Source: Candidatus Bathyarchaeia archaeon
GTDB taxonomy: Archaea; Thermoproteota; Bathyarchaeia; 40CM-2-53-6
DNA: 64,000 nucleotides
Assembly: GCA_049521055.1 (NCBI GenBank)
Contig: JBEKPE010000004.1
Coordinates: 535-64,534, forward strand
Reading direction: 5' to 3'
The notes beneath the pieces are model-generated. The model did no database searches and was not told the origin of the DNA. It saw only the letters and a program-made list of their open reading frames with translations. The position numbers and the translations under genes were made by a program. Positions 49,171-59,189 of this stretch are shown in pieces (the stretch's first letter is position 1; each line of letters opens with the position of its first letter).

Positions 49171-49770
49171 TTGGTAGACTCGAGTGTTTTGGATTTTCTG
49201 TTGAGTATTAGGTCGCTTATGACCGTTGGTCGCTTTAGCGTGTACAAGTGCCATTTTCGCGAGGATGTTGCGCAGCATTCCTACTACACCGCCCTGTACG
49301 CCATGATCCTCGCCGATCTGGAACGCAGGCAGGGTGGGGTGGTTGATTGTGAACGGTTGTTGAGGATGGCGCTGCTACACGATGCTGAGGAAGCGACGAC
49401 GGGTGATATTCATCATAGGTTCAAACATGAGGATAGAGCCTTCGCTGAGACACTGGATTCCCGAGGGTTGGAGTGGTTCGGTAAACTGCTCGGAGGATTG
49501 CCGCAAAGTTTGGTTGGGGAATATATGGGACTGCGGAAGGCGGTCAGGGAGACGGGTTCCATGGAGGCGACTATACTGAAGGCGTCGGATAAGATCGAGG
49601 CACTCCTCTGGGCTTATGAGGAATACCTGTTAGGAAACGTGCAGGTGCGCGAGGCGTTGATAGTGGAGGATATTCTCCAGAAACTCGACCAAATCCAACT
49701 AACCACAGTCAAAGCGCTGGTGGCGGAAATACGTGCAAGACTAGAGACGAACAGACCCGTAACCGTTTAA
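49171..49770 (+). CDS. HD-domain phosphohydrolase (YfbR-like 5'-deoxynucleotidase)
   Basis: The metal ligands are H..HSYYTALYA...LLHDAEEATTGDI. Confidence 0.55.
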   Translation: MVDSSVLDFLLSIRSLMTVGRFSVYKCHFREDVAQHSYYTALYAMILADLERRQGGVVDCERLLRMALLHDAEEATTGDIHHRFKHEDRAFAETLDSRGLEWFGKLLGGLPQSLVGEYMGLRKAVRETGSMEATILKASDKIEALLWAYEEYLLGNVQVREALIVEDILQKLDQIQLTTVKALVAEIRARLETNRPVTV

Positions 49771-49817
49771 GCGACTTCTTCAAGACTCGTTTTCTTCGGA
49801 ATAGTTGTAACACGACT

Positions 49818-50261
49818 GTGGACTGGCTTAGAATTTATCTGGGGTTAGGGAATCCTATTTTAGACCCCGAGGCCACTGTCAGTTCTATGGGATTTCATTA
49901 TGAGCGTGCGCCGGACGTTTCTGAACTTCTACTGAAGATTGTTGACAAGTTAGAGTTCACGCATGTTCCGAGGAATAGGGTTTATTGTTACCGAAGCTAC
50001 GGTTCGAAGGCCAGCAACACCATAGCCCGCGTCCACTCCCTACCCAAGATTTGGCAGCAGGCCCTGAGCGAGCCGGCGTATTATGCGGTTGAGGTTTTGT
50101 CTGAGCAGTATGATCGCCTCCCCTACGATGAGAAGGAGAAAACTTTGATCCATGAACTCTTACACATACCGAAGAGTTTTGGCGGCGGCTTTAGGCACCA
50201 TAGAGACTGGGTCACCAGACGACGCGTAGAGGAACTTCACAGAGCCTTCAGGAAAACCTAG
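49818..50261 (+). CDS. HEXXH zinc-metallopeptidase-like small protein (SprT/WLM- or YgjP-like)
   Basis: A HELLH motif is followed by FRHHRDW, in a 147-aa protein. Confidence 0.35.
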   Translation: MDWLRIYLGLGNPILDPEATVSSMGFHYERAPDVSELLLKIVDKLEFTHVPRNRVYCYRSYGSKASNTIARVHSLPKIWQQALSEPAYYAVEVLSEQYDRLPYDEKEKTLIHELLHIPKSFGGGFRHHRDWVTRRRVEELHRAFRKT

Positions 50262-51028
50262 CTCGCACGTTTCTTGTGGCTGACTCGCCATGCCAGCCAT
50301 GCGGCTAGAAGGACTATCGCGCCGAAGACAGCTACATTAATGTAGGTGAAGGTTGCGACGATCGCCTCCCAAGACGACCCCAGCAACCAACCCAAGTAGA
50401 CTAGGGCAATGTTCCAAGGCAAACACCCGACCAGTGTGCAGAGGAGAAATTTCCATTTATTCATGCGGTAGGCTCCCGCGGGAAAGGAAATCAACACTCG
50501 CGCCCCCGGAACGACGCGGAGACCCGCAACCGCCACCGGCCCATAAATGTCAAACCACTTCTGCACTCTCTGAAGATACAGAGTTCGGAGGTAGGGAATT
50601 TTGATCTGGCCGGTGATTAGTGGGCTTCCGAGCTTCAACCCGACATAGTAGTCGATGAATGAGCCGATGAGCGCCGCTACGGTGCTATAGAGGATCACGG
50701 GCCAGAACTGTAACACTCCACGTGAGACGAGGTAACCCGCCAGGGGGAGAATGATTTCGCTTGGGACCGGAAACGCCGCCGCTTCAAGCAGCATTAGGGA
50801 GAAGATTCCCAGGTAACCCGCGGATGAGGCGAGTTGGATCATGTGGGTTGGGAGGTTGGTGAGTAGAGGGATGAGACCCTCCAACGCATACGGTTGCCTG
50901 CCGGTTTCCCTGAGGTCTTCAAGGTAATTCGTGAGGATGAAAACGACCGGAAAAACCACCACCAACACGACCAGGAGGTTGCGAACCCAGCGTTGCATCG
51001 AGTAAACCACGCATCGACCGGAATGCAA
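50258..51028 (-). CDS. DedA/SNARE-associated family membrane protein
   Basis: DedA-like re-entrant loop regions are present, for example GYLGIFSLMLLEAA and FPAGAYRMN. The protein has about 6 TM helices. Confidence 0.5.
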   Translation of the reverse strand: MHSGRCVVYSMQRWVRNLLVVLVVVFPVVFILTNYLEDLRETGRQPYALEGLIPLLTNLPTHMIQLASSAGYLGIFSLMLLEAAAFPVPSEIILPLAGYLVSRGVLQFWPVILYSTVAALIGSFIDYYVGLKLGSPLITGQIKIPYLRTLYLQRVQKWFDIYGPVAVAGLRVVPGARVLISFPAGAYRMNKWKFLLCTLVGCLPWNIALVYLGWLLGSSWEAIVATFTYINVAVFGAIVLLAAWLAWRVSHKKRAS

Positions 51029-51053
51029 TCTTTGACCGAGAAAAAGGGTGCGG

Positions 51054-53021
51054 CTAATTGTTAGTCGTCTGAAAACATTGTGCGCGTCTTTGGGATAGGA
51101 CTTTTCGGCGTACAGATGTGGCTAATGCGAAGGCGGCTACGAGTGCAACCCACATCAGGAGTTGGGGTTGCGGAAATTCCGGGATTGGAGTCATGTTGGA
51201 GGTTTGCAGGATGGTTCCTTGGCTTCCGGGGGCGGCGGGTGCGCCGACGACGAAACCAAACCCGTTGCTCGTGGTGTAGATTGCGTTTAGGTTCGGGTTA
51301 CCCGAGAGCGGGGGGGCTGGAGTGAATTGGTTCCAGCTGAACCCGGTCCATTGGAGGATTGTGGCGGAGTCGCCGACAGCCCAAGCCAGCTGACTGGTAA
51401 CCTGAACGACGCCGTTTAGGTTAGATGCGACCGGGCCGGCGACACTTAACCAGATCGACCCATCGAAATGTAAAATCGTTCCACCCGCGCCCACCGCCCA
51501 ACCGTGCGACGGGTCGAGGAGGGAGATGGAGTTTAGTTGGCTGGTAGTGGGGCTGGGGTAACTAATCCACTGCCCATTCACACCCTGATAACGAAGTATC
51601 GTTCCCGCATCACCCACCGCCCAACCATCCGAACCCCCAACCATGAAGATGCTACGCAAAGTATCCGAAGTCGGCGAGGCTATCACACCCCACGCGCCGC
51701 CAGAATAGTGAAGGATTGCTCCGTGGTCTCCAACGGCCCAACCGTTCCCGGAATCAATCATGAACACTGACCTGAGAACTCCGCCGATTGGCGGCGCGGA
51801 AACCTGAACCCAACTTCCGCCAGTGAAGTGTAGGATTACGGGTGTGGTGCCGATTCCGCCCACAGCCCAACCCTCAGACCCACTCAGCATGTAGACTGAG
51901 AAGAGGTCGGAGGTTATGGCGGAGGAGGTTCCGCGCGTGAACGAATTTCCATTCCAATGAACGAGTACTGGTTCACCCGCCCCAGACCCGCAACCCCCTG
52001 TCGAGCAACCAACAATCCAACCGTCCCCCGAGCCGGAGAGGTATACTGACGTGAAGGTTGCGGACGGTAAGCCCTGTGGCGTTTGACCGGTTAGCGAGAT
52101 GAGTGTCCCAGCGTTTCCCACGGCCCAACCACTCGATCCGGAGAATGATAGGGAATTCAAATCTTGGGTTGTTCCTGAGAGGTTTTGCAGAAGCGTCCAC
52201 ACGCCCGCGGAATAATGGAGGATTGTACCAGCGGCGCCAACCGCCCACCCTTCTCCCGCGCTGATCATGAAGACCGAGTTTAGGTTCTGGTTGGTTGGGG
52301 CGGGGGATATCGGTCCGGTCCACGTGCCGGACACGTAATGGTAGAGAACCCCACCCGTTCCCACAGCCCAACCTTCGTTTTGGTTGACGAAGAAGACGGA
52401 GTTGAGAGTCTGAGCGACACTGGTATACAGACTCCAAGCGCCGCCATTGTAATGGTAGATTACGCCGCCCGAACCAACCGCCCAACCATCCGTCGCCCCC
52501 GTCATGAAAACAGAGTTCATTCCCGCAGCCGCGGACCCAACCATATTCCAGCCCCCACCCAAACCCGCCTGACCCGACCAATGCAAGAACCCGCCCGTAA
52601 CCCCATCCACAGCCCACGCATCCGTAGAACTTAACGCGGAAACTGACGACAGCCTCTGAGCACCAGACAGCCCGCTAGTAATCTGAAACCACGACACGCC
52701 ACCCCAGTAGAGCGCAACCGCGGTCCCGCCGCTTCCACCAACCGCAAACCCCGCGCCCGGGTTAGGATTTGTTGGTGGACCGAAGGATACTGAGTAGAGG
52801 TCTGAGGTTGTACCCGATGCGATCAGAGTCCAAGAGAAACCGTCAAAATGTTGAATCGTCCCCGCCGCCCCAACCGCCCAACCCTCACTCCCACTCACCA
52901 ACGCAACCCCGTTCAGATTATCCGTCGTCGACGCAAACGGCGCAACCGCATGAGCCGAGCTGAAGAGGAGCATGGCGATGAGAAGACTGAGCACGATGAA
53001 GACTGGTAGGGTACGCCGCAT
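51054..53021 (-). CDS. secreted double beta-propeller repeat protein (Ycf48/BNR-like GWAVG repeats) with a PEF-CTERM sorting signal
   Basis: There is a signal peptide, then at least 12 repeats of the type G[WF]AVGxxGTILHY. The C-terminus reads PIPEFPQPQLLMWVALVAAFALATSVRRK. Confidence 0.6.
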   Translation of the reverse strand: MRRTLPVFIVLSLLIAMLLFSSAHAVAPFASTTDNLNGVALVSGSEGWAVGAAGTIQHFDGFSWTLIASGTTSDLYSVSFGPPTNPNPGAGFAVGGSGGTAVALYWGGVSWFQITSGLSGAQRLSSVSALSSTDAWAVDGVTGGFLHWSGQAGLGGGWNMVGSAAAGMNSVFMTGATDGWAVGSGGVIYHYNGGAWSLYTSVAQTLNSVFFVNQNEGWAVGTGGVLYHYVSGTWTGPISPAPTNQNLNSVFMISAGEGWAVGAAGTILHYSAGVWTLLQNLSGTTQDLNSLSFSGSSGWAVGNAGTLISLTGQTPQGLPSATFTSVYLSGSGDGWIVGCSTGGCGSGAGEPVLVHWNGNSFTRGTSSAITSDLFSVYMLSGSEGWAVGGIGTTPVILHFTGGSWVQVSAPPIGGVLRSVFMIDSGNGWAVGDHGAILHYSGGAWGVIASPTSDTLRSIFMVGGSDGWAVGDAGTILRYQGVNGQWISYPSPTTSQLNSISLLDPSHGWAVGAGGTILHFDGSIWLSVAGPVASNLNGVVQVTSQLAWAVGDSATILQWTGFSWNQFTPAPPLSGNPNLNAIYTTSNGFGFVVGAPAAPGSQGTILQTSNMTPIPEFPQPQLLMWVALVAAFALATSVRRKVLSQRRAQCFQTTNN

Positions 53022-53540
53022 CTTCGAACCCGCACCCTACCCCTCCACCACTCGAACATATACCCTTTAGCAGTTTCCCAAACTGAACCAATTCATTTGA
53101 GCGCCTCAAAATCTACAGAGAGAAGATCTCGAACGCAGTCACTATGGACGAAGAGATGGATCCATTGTTGAGGAAGGTGGTAAAGGTGGAAATGGATGAA
53201 TCATCCTCAAACCATTATTTCCACAATACGAAATGCGAATGATGGTCGAAGCCGAATGCCAAACCTCCACCACACTCTTGATACGGCATTTGATTGGCTA
53301 ATTGAGAACGTTAGGCCGTACAGTTACTTGCTCCCAGACACCCTCGAACTCGCCCTCTACCTATGCCTCATCGCCTACTTTGCAATTCAACTTGGACAAC
53401 AAACTGCGTGATTGATGAAAGCTCCATTCCGCGAACACAATAACGGTCGAACTCATTCGCTCACTCTGGGATGGCACAATGCGACGGGACGATGTTCGAT
53501 TTGCGAGGACGCGAGTGGGTTAGGTTAGTTGTAGGAATGG

Positions 53541-54566
53541 TTGCCGTTCATTATGCGCTGTTTAGCTGCTGTTTTATATAGCGATGGGCACCGGTGTAAT
53601 TTGGTTGAGGGTGTTTTGCGAACTGCGGGCCGAAGCGTTGTTCTCGCTCTACTCATTATGAGCATAGCTTTACTCTATCTGCTTCCGCCCGAACCCGTCA
53701 GGGCGACTTCGCCAATTACCCTCGACTGGTCAGCCAGCGCAATCTGCGCTTACCCTTCATGTGAGCTAACCACTCCCACGAAGCTTACATGGTCTCACAC
53801 GGTTGGGTCCGGGAGTAATAGGATTCTCCTCGTCGGCATCTCGTACGTTTTCTACACTGGACCCGCGAGCGTGGCCAGCGTCACATATGGCACGCCTTGT
53901 CCCGGCCCGTCATGTCTCTCCTTGACCCTTATCCCGGGGGCAACGCATGTACAGCCCACCGACGACGTCCACGCGGAGTTGTGGGCGCTTCAAAACCCTC
54001 CAACCGGAACGGCGACGATCACGGTAACGTTCGGTGGCGGTACCTTTCCGAATGATCTTCTGTTTGCCGTTGCCGGCTCTGTATCTTACTTTAACGTGGC
54101 TAGCACGGGTACACCGGTCGGCAGCGATGGTCGCACTTTTACCACGGGACTATCGGCTACGGAATCTGTGGCCACTGGCCCGAATGATGTTGTTGTGGAT
54201 ACAATCGCTTTTTGTGATTGTACGGGTTCCGCTTCACCACCTACTACGGTTACGGCGAGCGGATTAGGGCAAACGCAGCACTGGAACGCAGGTTCGCTGA
54301 ATGACGCCTCCGGCGAGACCTTTGCGGGTGGTGGTAGCGATCAGCCCGCTTCCGGCTCATCGGTAACCATGTCTTGGTCCCTCGTAACACAGGAGCCTAC
54401 GCTCAGCTCGTGGTCGTTGATTGCTGTCCCGCTCACACCAACCGTAACCACAACAACTACAACTTCTCCACCAATCCCAGAGTACCCACTTGGACTACCA
54501 ATCCTAGCACTCCTCATGATAATCGGATACGGGGTAATCAGACGCAAAGGAGAACACGAAGCCTAA
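53541..54566 (+). CDS. secreted protein with a Thr-rich linker and a PEY-CTERM-like sorting signal
   Basis: A signal/TM is followed by a PTVTTTTTTSPP linker. The C-terminus reads PIPEYPLGLPILALLMIIGYGVIRRKGEHEA. Confidence 0.5.
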   Translation: MPFIMRCLAAVLYSDGHRCNLVEGVLRTAGRSVVLALLIMSIALLYLLPPEPVRATSPITLDWSASAICAYPSCELTTPTKLTWSHTVGSGSNRILLVGISYVFYTGPASVASVTYGTPCPGPSCLSLTLIPGATHVQPTDDVHAELWALQNPPTGTATITVTFGGGTFPNDLLFAVAGSVSYFNVASTGTPVGSDGRTFTTGLSATESVATGPNDVVVDTIAFCDCTGSASPPTTVTASGLGQTQHWNAGSLNDASGETFAGGGSDQPASGSSVTMSWSLVTQEPTLSSWSLIAVPLTPTVTTTTTTSPPIPEYPLGLPILALLMIIGYGVIRRKGEHEA

Positions 54567-54973
54567 CCATAACATTCGACTGAACGCTAACATCAAGAGC
54601 CTGAGCAATGCTCTGGGCTCATCGTCTGCTTTCCATCAGACTGGAATCTTGAGGACCGATCCGTTAGCCGTATCGGCTCATTTTGAGGCTTCTCAAGTAT
54701 AAGCCGGCCTCTCTGAAAACTAGGGTTGAAACCCTCTCTCAGGCGTTCTACGTCTTATATGGTCCGAGTGTTCCGCCCCGTATTCGGCTTGATTTAAGCG
54801 GAAATACGCTTCTCTAAGCGGTTAATCAACGCTCAAACATGTGAAATTCAGACCCACTCCGCCCTCAGGGTGGGCATGTGCTAGTGTCCAATCGAAAAAT
54901 CAACTCCAGCCCGCGTGAGGGTAACGAAGCCTTACACGGAAAACGTGTTGGCTCCGCATTTAGGTCGCTTTGA

Positions 54974-55240
54974 TTGCGTGGAGGTGATTTGATGGCTAGA
55001 GAGAGTATGCTTACACAGAAGTCGATTATGGCAGACGACACGCTCTCGTTGCTCACCGGTCAACCAAAAGGAGCTCTACTGAGCTACACCGAACTCACTA
55101 AGAGTATGCACCAATACATCCGAAGCAAACAGCTTCGACTAAAGGCATGTCCAAACTGCAAGACACAAGTCCCCGGATACGCGACCTTCTGTGATAAATG
55201 TGGCAAAGACATAGCGCCCGTACCCGCAGTAGCAAAGTAA
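54974..55240 (+). CDS. small protein with a C-terminal zinc ribbon (CPNC...CDKC); the N-terminus weakly resembles a SWIB-like helix
   Basis: CPNCKTQVPGYATFCDKCG is the ribbon. LSYTELTKSMHQYIRSKQL loosely resembles the SWIB/MDM2 KLWxYIKxxNL helix. The start is probably the internal M. Confidence 0.3.
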   Translation: MRGGDLMARESMLTQKSIMADDTLSLLTGQPKGALLSYTELTKSMHQYIRSKQLRLKACPNCKTQVPGYATFCDKCGKDIAPVPAVAK

Positions 55241-55325
55241 CCACCAAAGTAAGACCGCCACATTATCCTTTTTTCCTCTATTTACCGAAACTTCTTCGCA
55301 AACCGTCCGAATTGAAGCAGGTTCC

Positions 55326-57851
55326 TCAGCCGTGTAGCGTTGTGAGGGTTTTCAGGGGAATGGCCTCGATTTTTCGGTAGACCTTCTCAGGTTCGTTGGT
55401 CTGGGAGCCGGTTCTCAGCACGTCCTCGATCTTAACGCCGAATAATTCTTGATTTTCTAAGAGGTAGGGGAGGATTAGTTGCCAGTCATCTTGATTCATT
55501 TTTCCCAGTTGCCCTCCGTTGAGTTGATCAACGCCTACCTTGCCAGCGGGATCGCGAATGTAGACCGCGCCTCCGGATGCTAGGGAGAAGAGGTTGCCCC
55601 CTGGATATGGCACCTCGAGTTCGCGAATCCGACCACCATCAAACCCTATTCCGTTAACCACAACGAACCCGCCCCCGTTCAATGGGTCACCGGCCATGAA
55701 AGATTCGGCTAGGTAGTCTAGGCAGGTGCCGTTGATGACAACTCGAGGCCGACCGACGGCGTTGATGAGCGGGCGACCCGCGGCGTTGCCGAGCACATAG
55801 ACCTCGCCGCCCTTCGCGGCGTACATGAACGTCTGCCCCACATCCCCGTAAATGACAAGTTTCCCACTCTTCATTATCTGAGCTACTTGATCTTGGGCGG
55901 CGGAATGAACATAGATTTCGGCGCCATCAAGCCCAGACCCCAAGTAGTCCCCAGGATTTCCGAACACATCCAACCTGAACCCTTCGCTCTGCGCACCCAA
56001 CCCAGCACCACAAAACCGTTGCCCACGCCAATCAAACGAAACTACACGTTTCCACCCCAGTTTGTAGGACGCAACAACCGCGGAGGACGCTGAGTCATCA
56101 CCTTCTGCAGCGAAATTCGAAACATCTAACAACAATACCTCCTCTCCGGACTTGGGTGCTCTAAACTCAGCCCTCGTCGCGTAATTCGTCAATACCCAAC
56201 ATGAACCATCTGCGGCAGAAAGCGGGGGGAATCCACGAAGTATCCGGAAAAGACTTGACTCAATCTTCGCCCGGATCCAACCCTGCTGGCCATTTGGAAT
56301 TCGGTGTAGACTGTCGAGTAACCAAGTCAAATACCGAAACGATTCTACCTTGTCAGCCTCGCTGTCCCTCGACTTGTTCTCCAAGTTGTCCAATAATCTC
56401 TCAAGCGAACCTGCGTTCAACTCATTTGAACTCAATTTTCCTGAGAGAGTCTGCGGCGTCAACATCTTAACGCGATCCAGAAAGTTGCCGTTGGAATCCC
56501 TTGTAACTGAGACTTCTCGGCCAAACTTGTCGAAACAATTGACGTTCGGCCTCCCGGATGTACGGTCTACGGTGAAACGAAAAGCGCCGCCGTCAGTATA
56601 ACTGCCACCGCGCGCGTTCCAGTAAAGATCCGCCTTACCCGCAAACCGAGAATCTTCCGCCGCCAAGCTTCTTAGGCAAGCGTCGATTGCCTGGCGCTCA
56701 GACGCTATCAACCCGATCTTCACCTCACCGTCCTGGAGAGCGAAGACTTGAGGCCGCAGCATTGACGTGTCAGTTATGCCTAGCAGGTGAAGTTGGTCGC
56801 CTCCGTTTTCGCTTCGACCAACTATGAAAAACCACGGCCCGTCAGGGGATCCGTGGATGTGAGTGGTTTGTATCTCACGATAAATTCGCCTCTTCTCTTC
56901 GGGGAGCATGTAGAAGTCTCGTTCGGTCGTTGGCGCCATGGCCTCGATCAAATATTCCATCGGGTACCCGTAGACTCTCCTCCATAGGTCGAAAAGATAG
57001 ACGGCGACTTCCGTGTCGGTTAGAAAGAGGGGGTAGATGTTTCGCTGCGCCAGGTACTCGGTGATTGAGTGGTAGTTTGAGAAGTCTCCATTGTGAACCA
57101 AGGCCTCGTGCAGACCTACGAATGGGTGAGCACCACCAGGATGCCACACCTTTCCCTTGGTAGGGTAACGGTGATGCCCTATCCACACGTGTGCCTCGAA
57201 ATCTTCCAGTTTATAGTAGCGTATGACCTGGTCGCCCCACCCCACGATCTTCAGCACGAACATGTCCTTCCCGTGTGAAAGAACGAACGCTTTCTTCTCG
57301 CCAAGAGAAGCGTAGTACTTTTTGTTGAGGGCGTAACTGTTTTGATAAATGAATTCGTCCTCTGCTACGGTTCGGTCAGTTATCCCGGAACTCTGCATGA
57401 ACCGCCCAAGAACATCTTCCTTAACTCTGCATAAGTATCGACGCACTTCCGGTGGCTTGACCTCTAACCGCGGAATCGTCCTATAGTCCTCAACCGTTTC
57501 AAGCCACTCAGCTGAGTCCACGTTAAGGTTGGGGTAGATGAACTCGTCTTCCACTGCTTTGCTCGCTGACTCGTCTAGGTAGGCAATCTGGATTAAGTAA
57601 TCTTGTTGCAGAATTTCTTTGGAGACTCCGAGTCGTTCGGGGGAAAGCCCGAGTACCGCTATTCCTCCACCCTTGCCGTTACCACGGTTCTTCATTTGCA
57701 GAAGTGCGGTTAGGAAATGTTTTCCAGCGATTGGAACGGAGCAGGCAGCGCCGACGACGCCGCAACCTCCCTCCGCCTCCAATTTGCGGGCAAGGGTTAG
57801 ACCTTCTACCATGTGTTTTCTAGAAGCTACGATTTTTGATGCCATGTCCAA
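55326..57851 (-). CDS. glutamate synthase-like fusion: N-terminal class II glutamine amidotransferase (Ntn-Cys) domain + C-terminal GXGXG domain
   Basis: The N-terminus has GGCGVVG...HHRYPTKG...ALVHNGDFSN (GATase II). The C-terminus has GNPGDYLGSGLDGAEIYVHSAAQDQVAQIMKSGKLVIYGDVGQTFMYAAKGGEVYVLGNAAGRP, the GXGXG beta-helix of GltB. Confidence 0.65.
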   Translation of the reverse strand: MDMASKIVASRKHMVEGLTLARKLEAEGGCGVVGAACSVPIAGKHFLTALLQMKNRGNGKGGGIAVLGLSPERLGVSKEILQQDYLIQIAYLDESASKAVEDEFIYPNLNVDSAEWLETVEDYRTIPRLEVKPPEVRRYLCRVKEDVLGRFMQSSGITDRTVAEDEFIYQNSYALNKKYYASLGEKKAFVLSHGKDMFVLKIVGWGDQVIRYYKLEDFEAHVWIGHHRYPTKGKVWHPGGAHPFVGLHEALVHNGDFSNYHSITEYLAQRNIYPLFLTDTEVAVYLFDLWRRVYGYPMEYLIEAMAPTTERDFYMLPEEKRRIYREIQTTHIHGSPDGPWFFIVGRSENGGDQLHLLGITDTSMLRPQVFALQDGEVKIGLIASERQAIDACLRSLAAEDSRFAGKADLYWNARGGSYTDGGAFRFTVDRTSGRPNVNCFDKFGREVSVTRDSNGNFLDRVKMLTPQTLSGKLSSNELNAGSLERLLDNLENKSRDSEADKVESFRYLTWLLDSLHRIPNGQQGWIRAKIESSLFRILRGFPPLSAADGSCWVLTNYATRAEFRAPKSGEEVLLLDVSNFAAEGDDSASSAVVASYKLGWKRVVSFDWRGQRFCGAGLGAQSEGFRLDVFGNPGDYLGSGLDGAEIYVHSAAQDQVAQIMKSGKLVIYGDVGQTFMYAAKGGEVYVLGNAAGRPLINAVGRPRVVINGTCLDYLAESFMAGDPLNGGGFVVVNGIGFDGGRIRELEVPYPGGNLFSLASGGAVYIRDPAGKVGVDQLNGGQLGKMNQDDWQLILPYLLENQELFGVKIEDVLRTGSQTNEPEKVYRKIEAIPLKTLTTLHG

Positions 57852-57857
57852 GCCGTA

Positions 57858-59189
57858 TCACCCGTAGACCAGGAGGTCGGTTCGTCCCTTGAGCTCTTTG
57901 ATTGAACGTAGCCCGAGGCTTGCGAGAATCGTCCTCCATTGTTTAGTCCAGGAAGAGTACATGTTGATGATCCTCTGTGCGCCCCATTCGACGGTTATGA
58001 GTTGGCTGAGTTCAGGGTCGGTGGTGGTGATTCCAACCTGGCATCCCCTCCCGCGCTCACAGTTTCCACATTGAGTGCAACCCACAGCCACAGCCTCAGC
58101 TGATCCAATGACGCAGCCATCCGCCCCAAGCGCGATAGCCTTTGCCACATCGTACGCGGTTCGTATTCCTCCGCTCGCCATAACCACAATTTCATCCCTA
58201 ACCCCTTCTCCGACAAGGTAGCGGTGAACTTTCGGGATCGCATATTCGATCGGCATCGCAATGTTCTTCTTCGCGATCTCAGGCGCCGCCCCGGTGCCTC
58301 CATATCCCCCGTCAACGTGTAGAATGTTCGCGTTTGCGTAGTAACTCCCGATGGCAACCATGTCGACGTCAACTGGGGTCGAGACCTTGACTGAGACTAA
58401 GCAGCCGGGGTTTACGGCCCGAATCCAATCCACATGCTTCCTGTGGTCCTCAACAGAGTAGACACTGTGGAACGGGAAAGGGGAGTAGAGTGAGGTGAAG
58501 GGTAACGACTCCCTCATATTCGCCACTTCGGATGTCACTTTGTCAGCTAGCAAGTGTCCGCCCAACCCAGGTTTCGCGCCCTGAGCATACTTGAACTCCA
58601 CAATCTTCGCGGCCTGAATCGTATCTTCGCGTACACCAAACATCCCCGTCGCGACCTGCGTGATCACATTATCTTTGTACTCCAAGAGTGGAGGGGGGTA
58701 GCCACCTTCACCGGTGCAAGTGAAGGTACCAAGGCGTTTCGCCGCCATGGCTCGAGAGAGCATGAAATTGAGGCTGATGGAACCGAAAGACATTCCAGCC
58801 CCGTAGATCGGGATGGGGATGGAAACCTTAGGACCGGAATCTCGACGGTTCAGATCGATCGAGAGATCAAATTCCTCGTCAGGGAGTCTGTTGTCGGGGT
58901 GAATGTTCTTGAAGTCGAGTCGGTCGAAGCCGCCCCCTGAGTCCCCTACCTTATACTCAAGTGATTCCGGCGGTTTCCCCGTTGTTGCCTGTTCGTATGT
59001 TGCGAAGATTAGTTCCGGTGTCCAACGTTTGTTTCCGAAGGCTCCAGGCATCCCATATTTGAGGGTGGGTAGAAGCTGGAGGCCGCGGTGGATTAGCTTC
59101 GTGTGTTTGTCGATGGTTTCAGTTTCTGCGTGCGATATCTCCGAACGCCTCCTTCTCAAGTTCTTCGTTGAACATTGCCCTGCCGACAT
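57858..59189 (-). CDS. glutamate synthase FMN-binding domain protein (GltB2-like)
   Basis: GAKPGLGGHLL and SLYSPFPFHSVYSVED parallel the ISPPPHHDIYSIEDL region. The C-terminal Cys cluster is CTQCGNCERGRGC. Confidence 0.65.
   Translation of the reverse strand: MSAGQCSTKNLRRRRSEISHAETETIDKHTKLIHRGLQLLPTLKYGMPGAFGNKRWTPELIFATYEQATTGKPPESLEYKVGDSGGGFDRLDFKNIHPDNRLPDEEFDLSIDLNRRDSGPKVSIPIPIYGAGMSFGSISLNFMLSRAMAAKRLGTFTCTGEGGYPPPLLEYKDNVITQVATGMFGVREDTIQAAKIVEFKYAQGAKPGLGGHLLADKVTSEVANMRESLPFTSLYSPFPFHSVYSVEDHRKHVDWIRAVNPGCLVSVKVSTPVDVDMVAIGSYYANANILHVDGGYGGTGAAPEIAKKNIAMPIEYAIPKVHRYLVGEGVRDEIVVMASGGIRTAYDVAKAIALGADGCVIGSAEAVAVGCTQCGNCERGRGCQVGITTTDPELSQLITVEWGAQRIINMYSSWTKQWRTILASLGLRSIKELKGRTDLLVYG

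Noticed and set aside
51973-52634. ORFs 51973..52617(-) and 52338..52634(+) inside the propeller gene
   Set aside because: They are alternative frames of a repeat-rich gene. Gly/Trp/Arg-rich artefacts.
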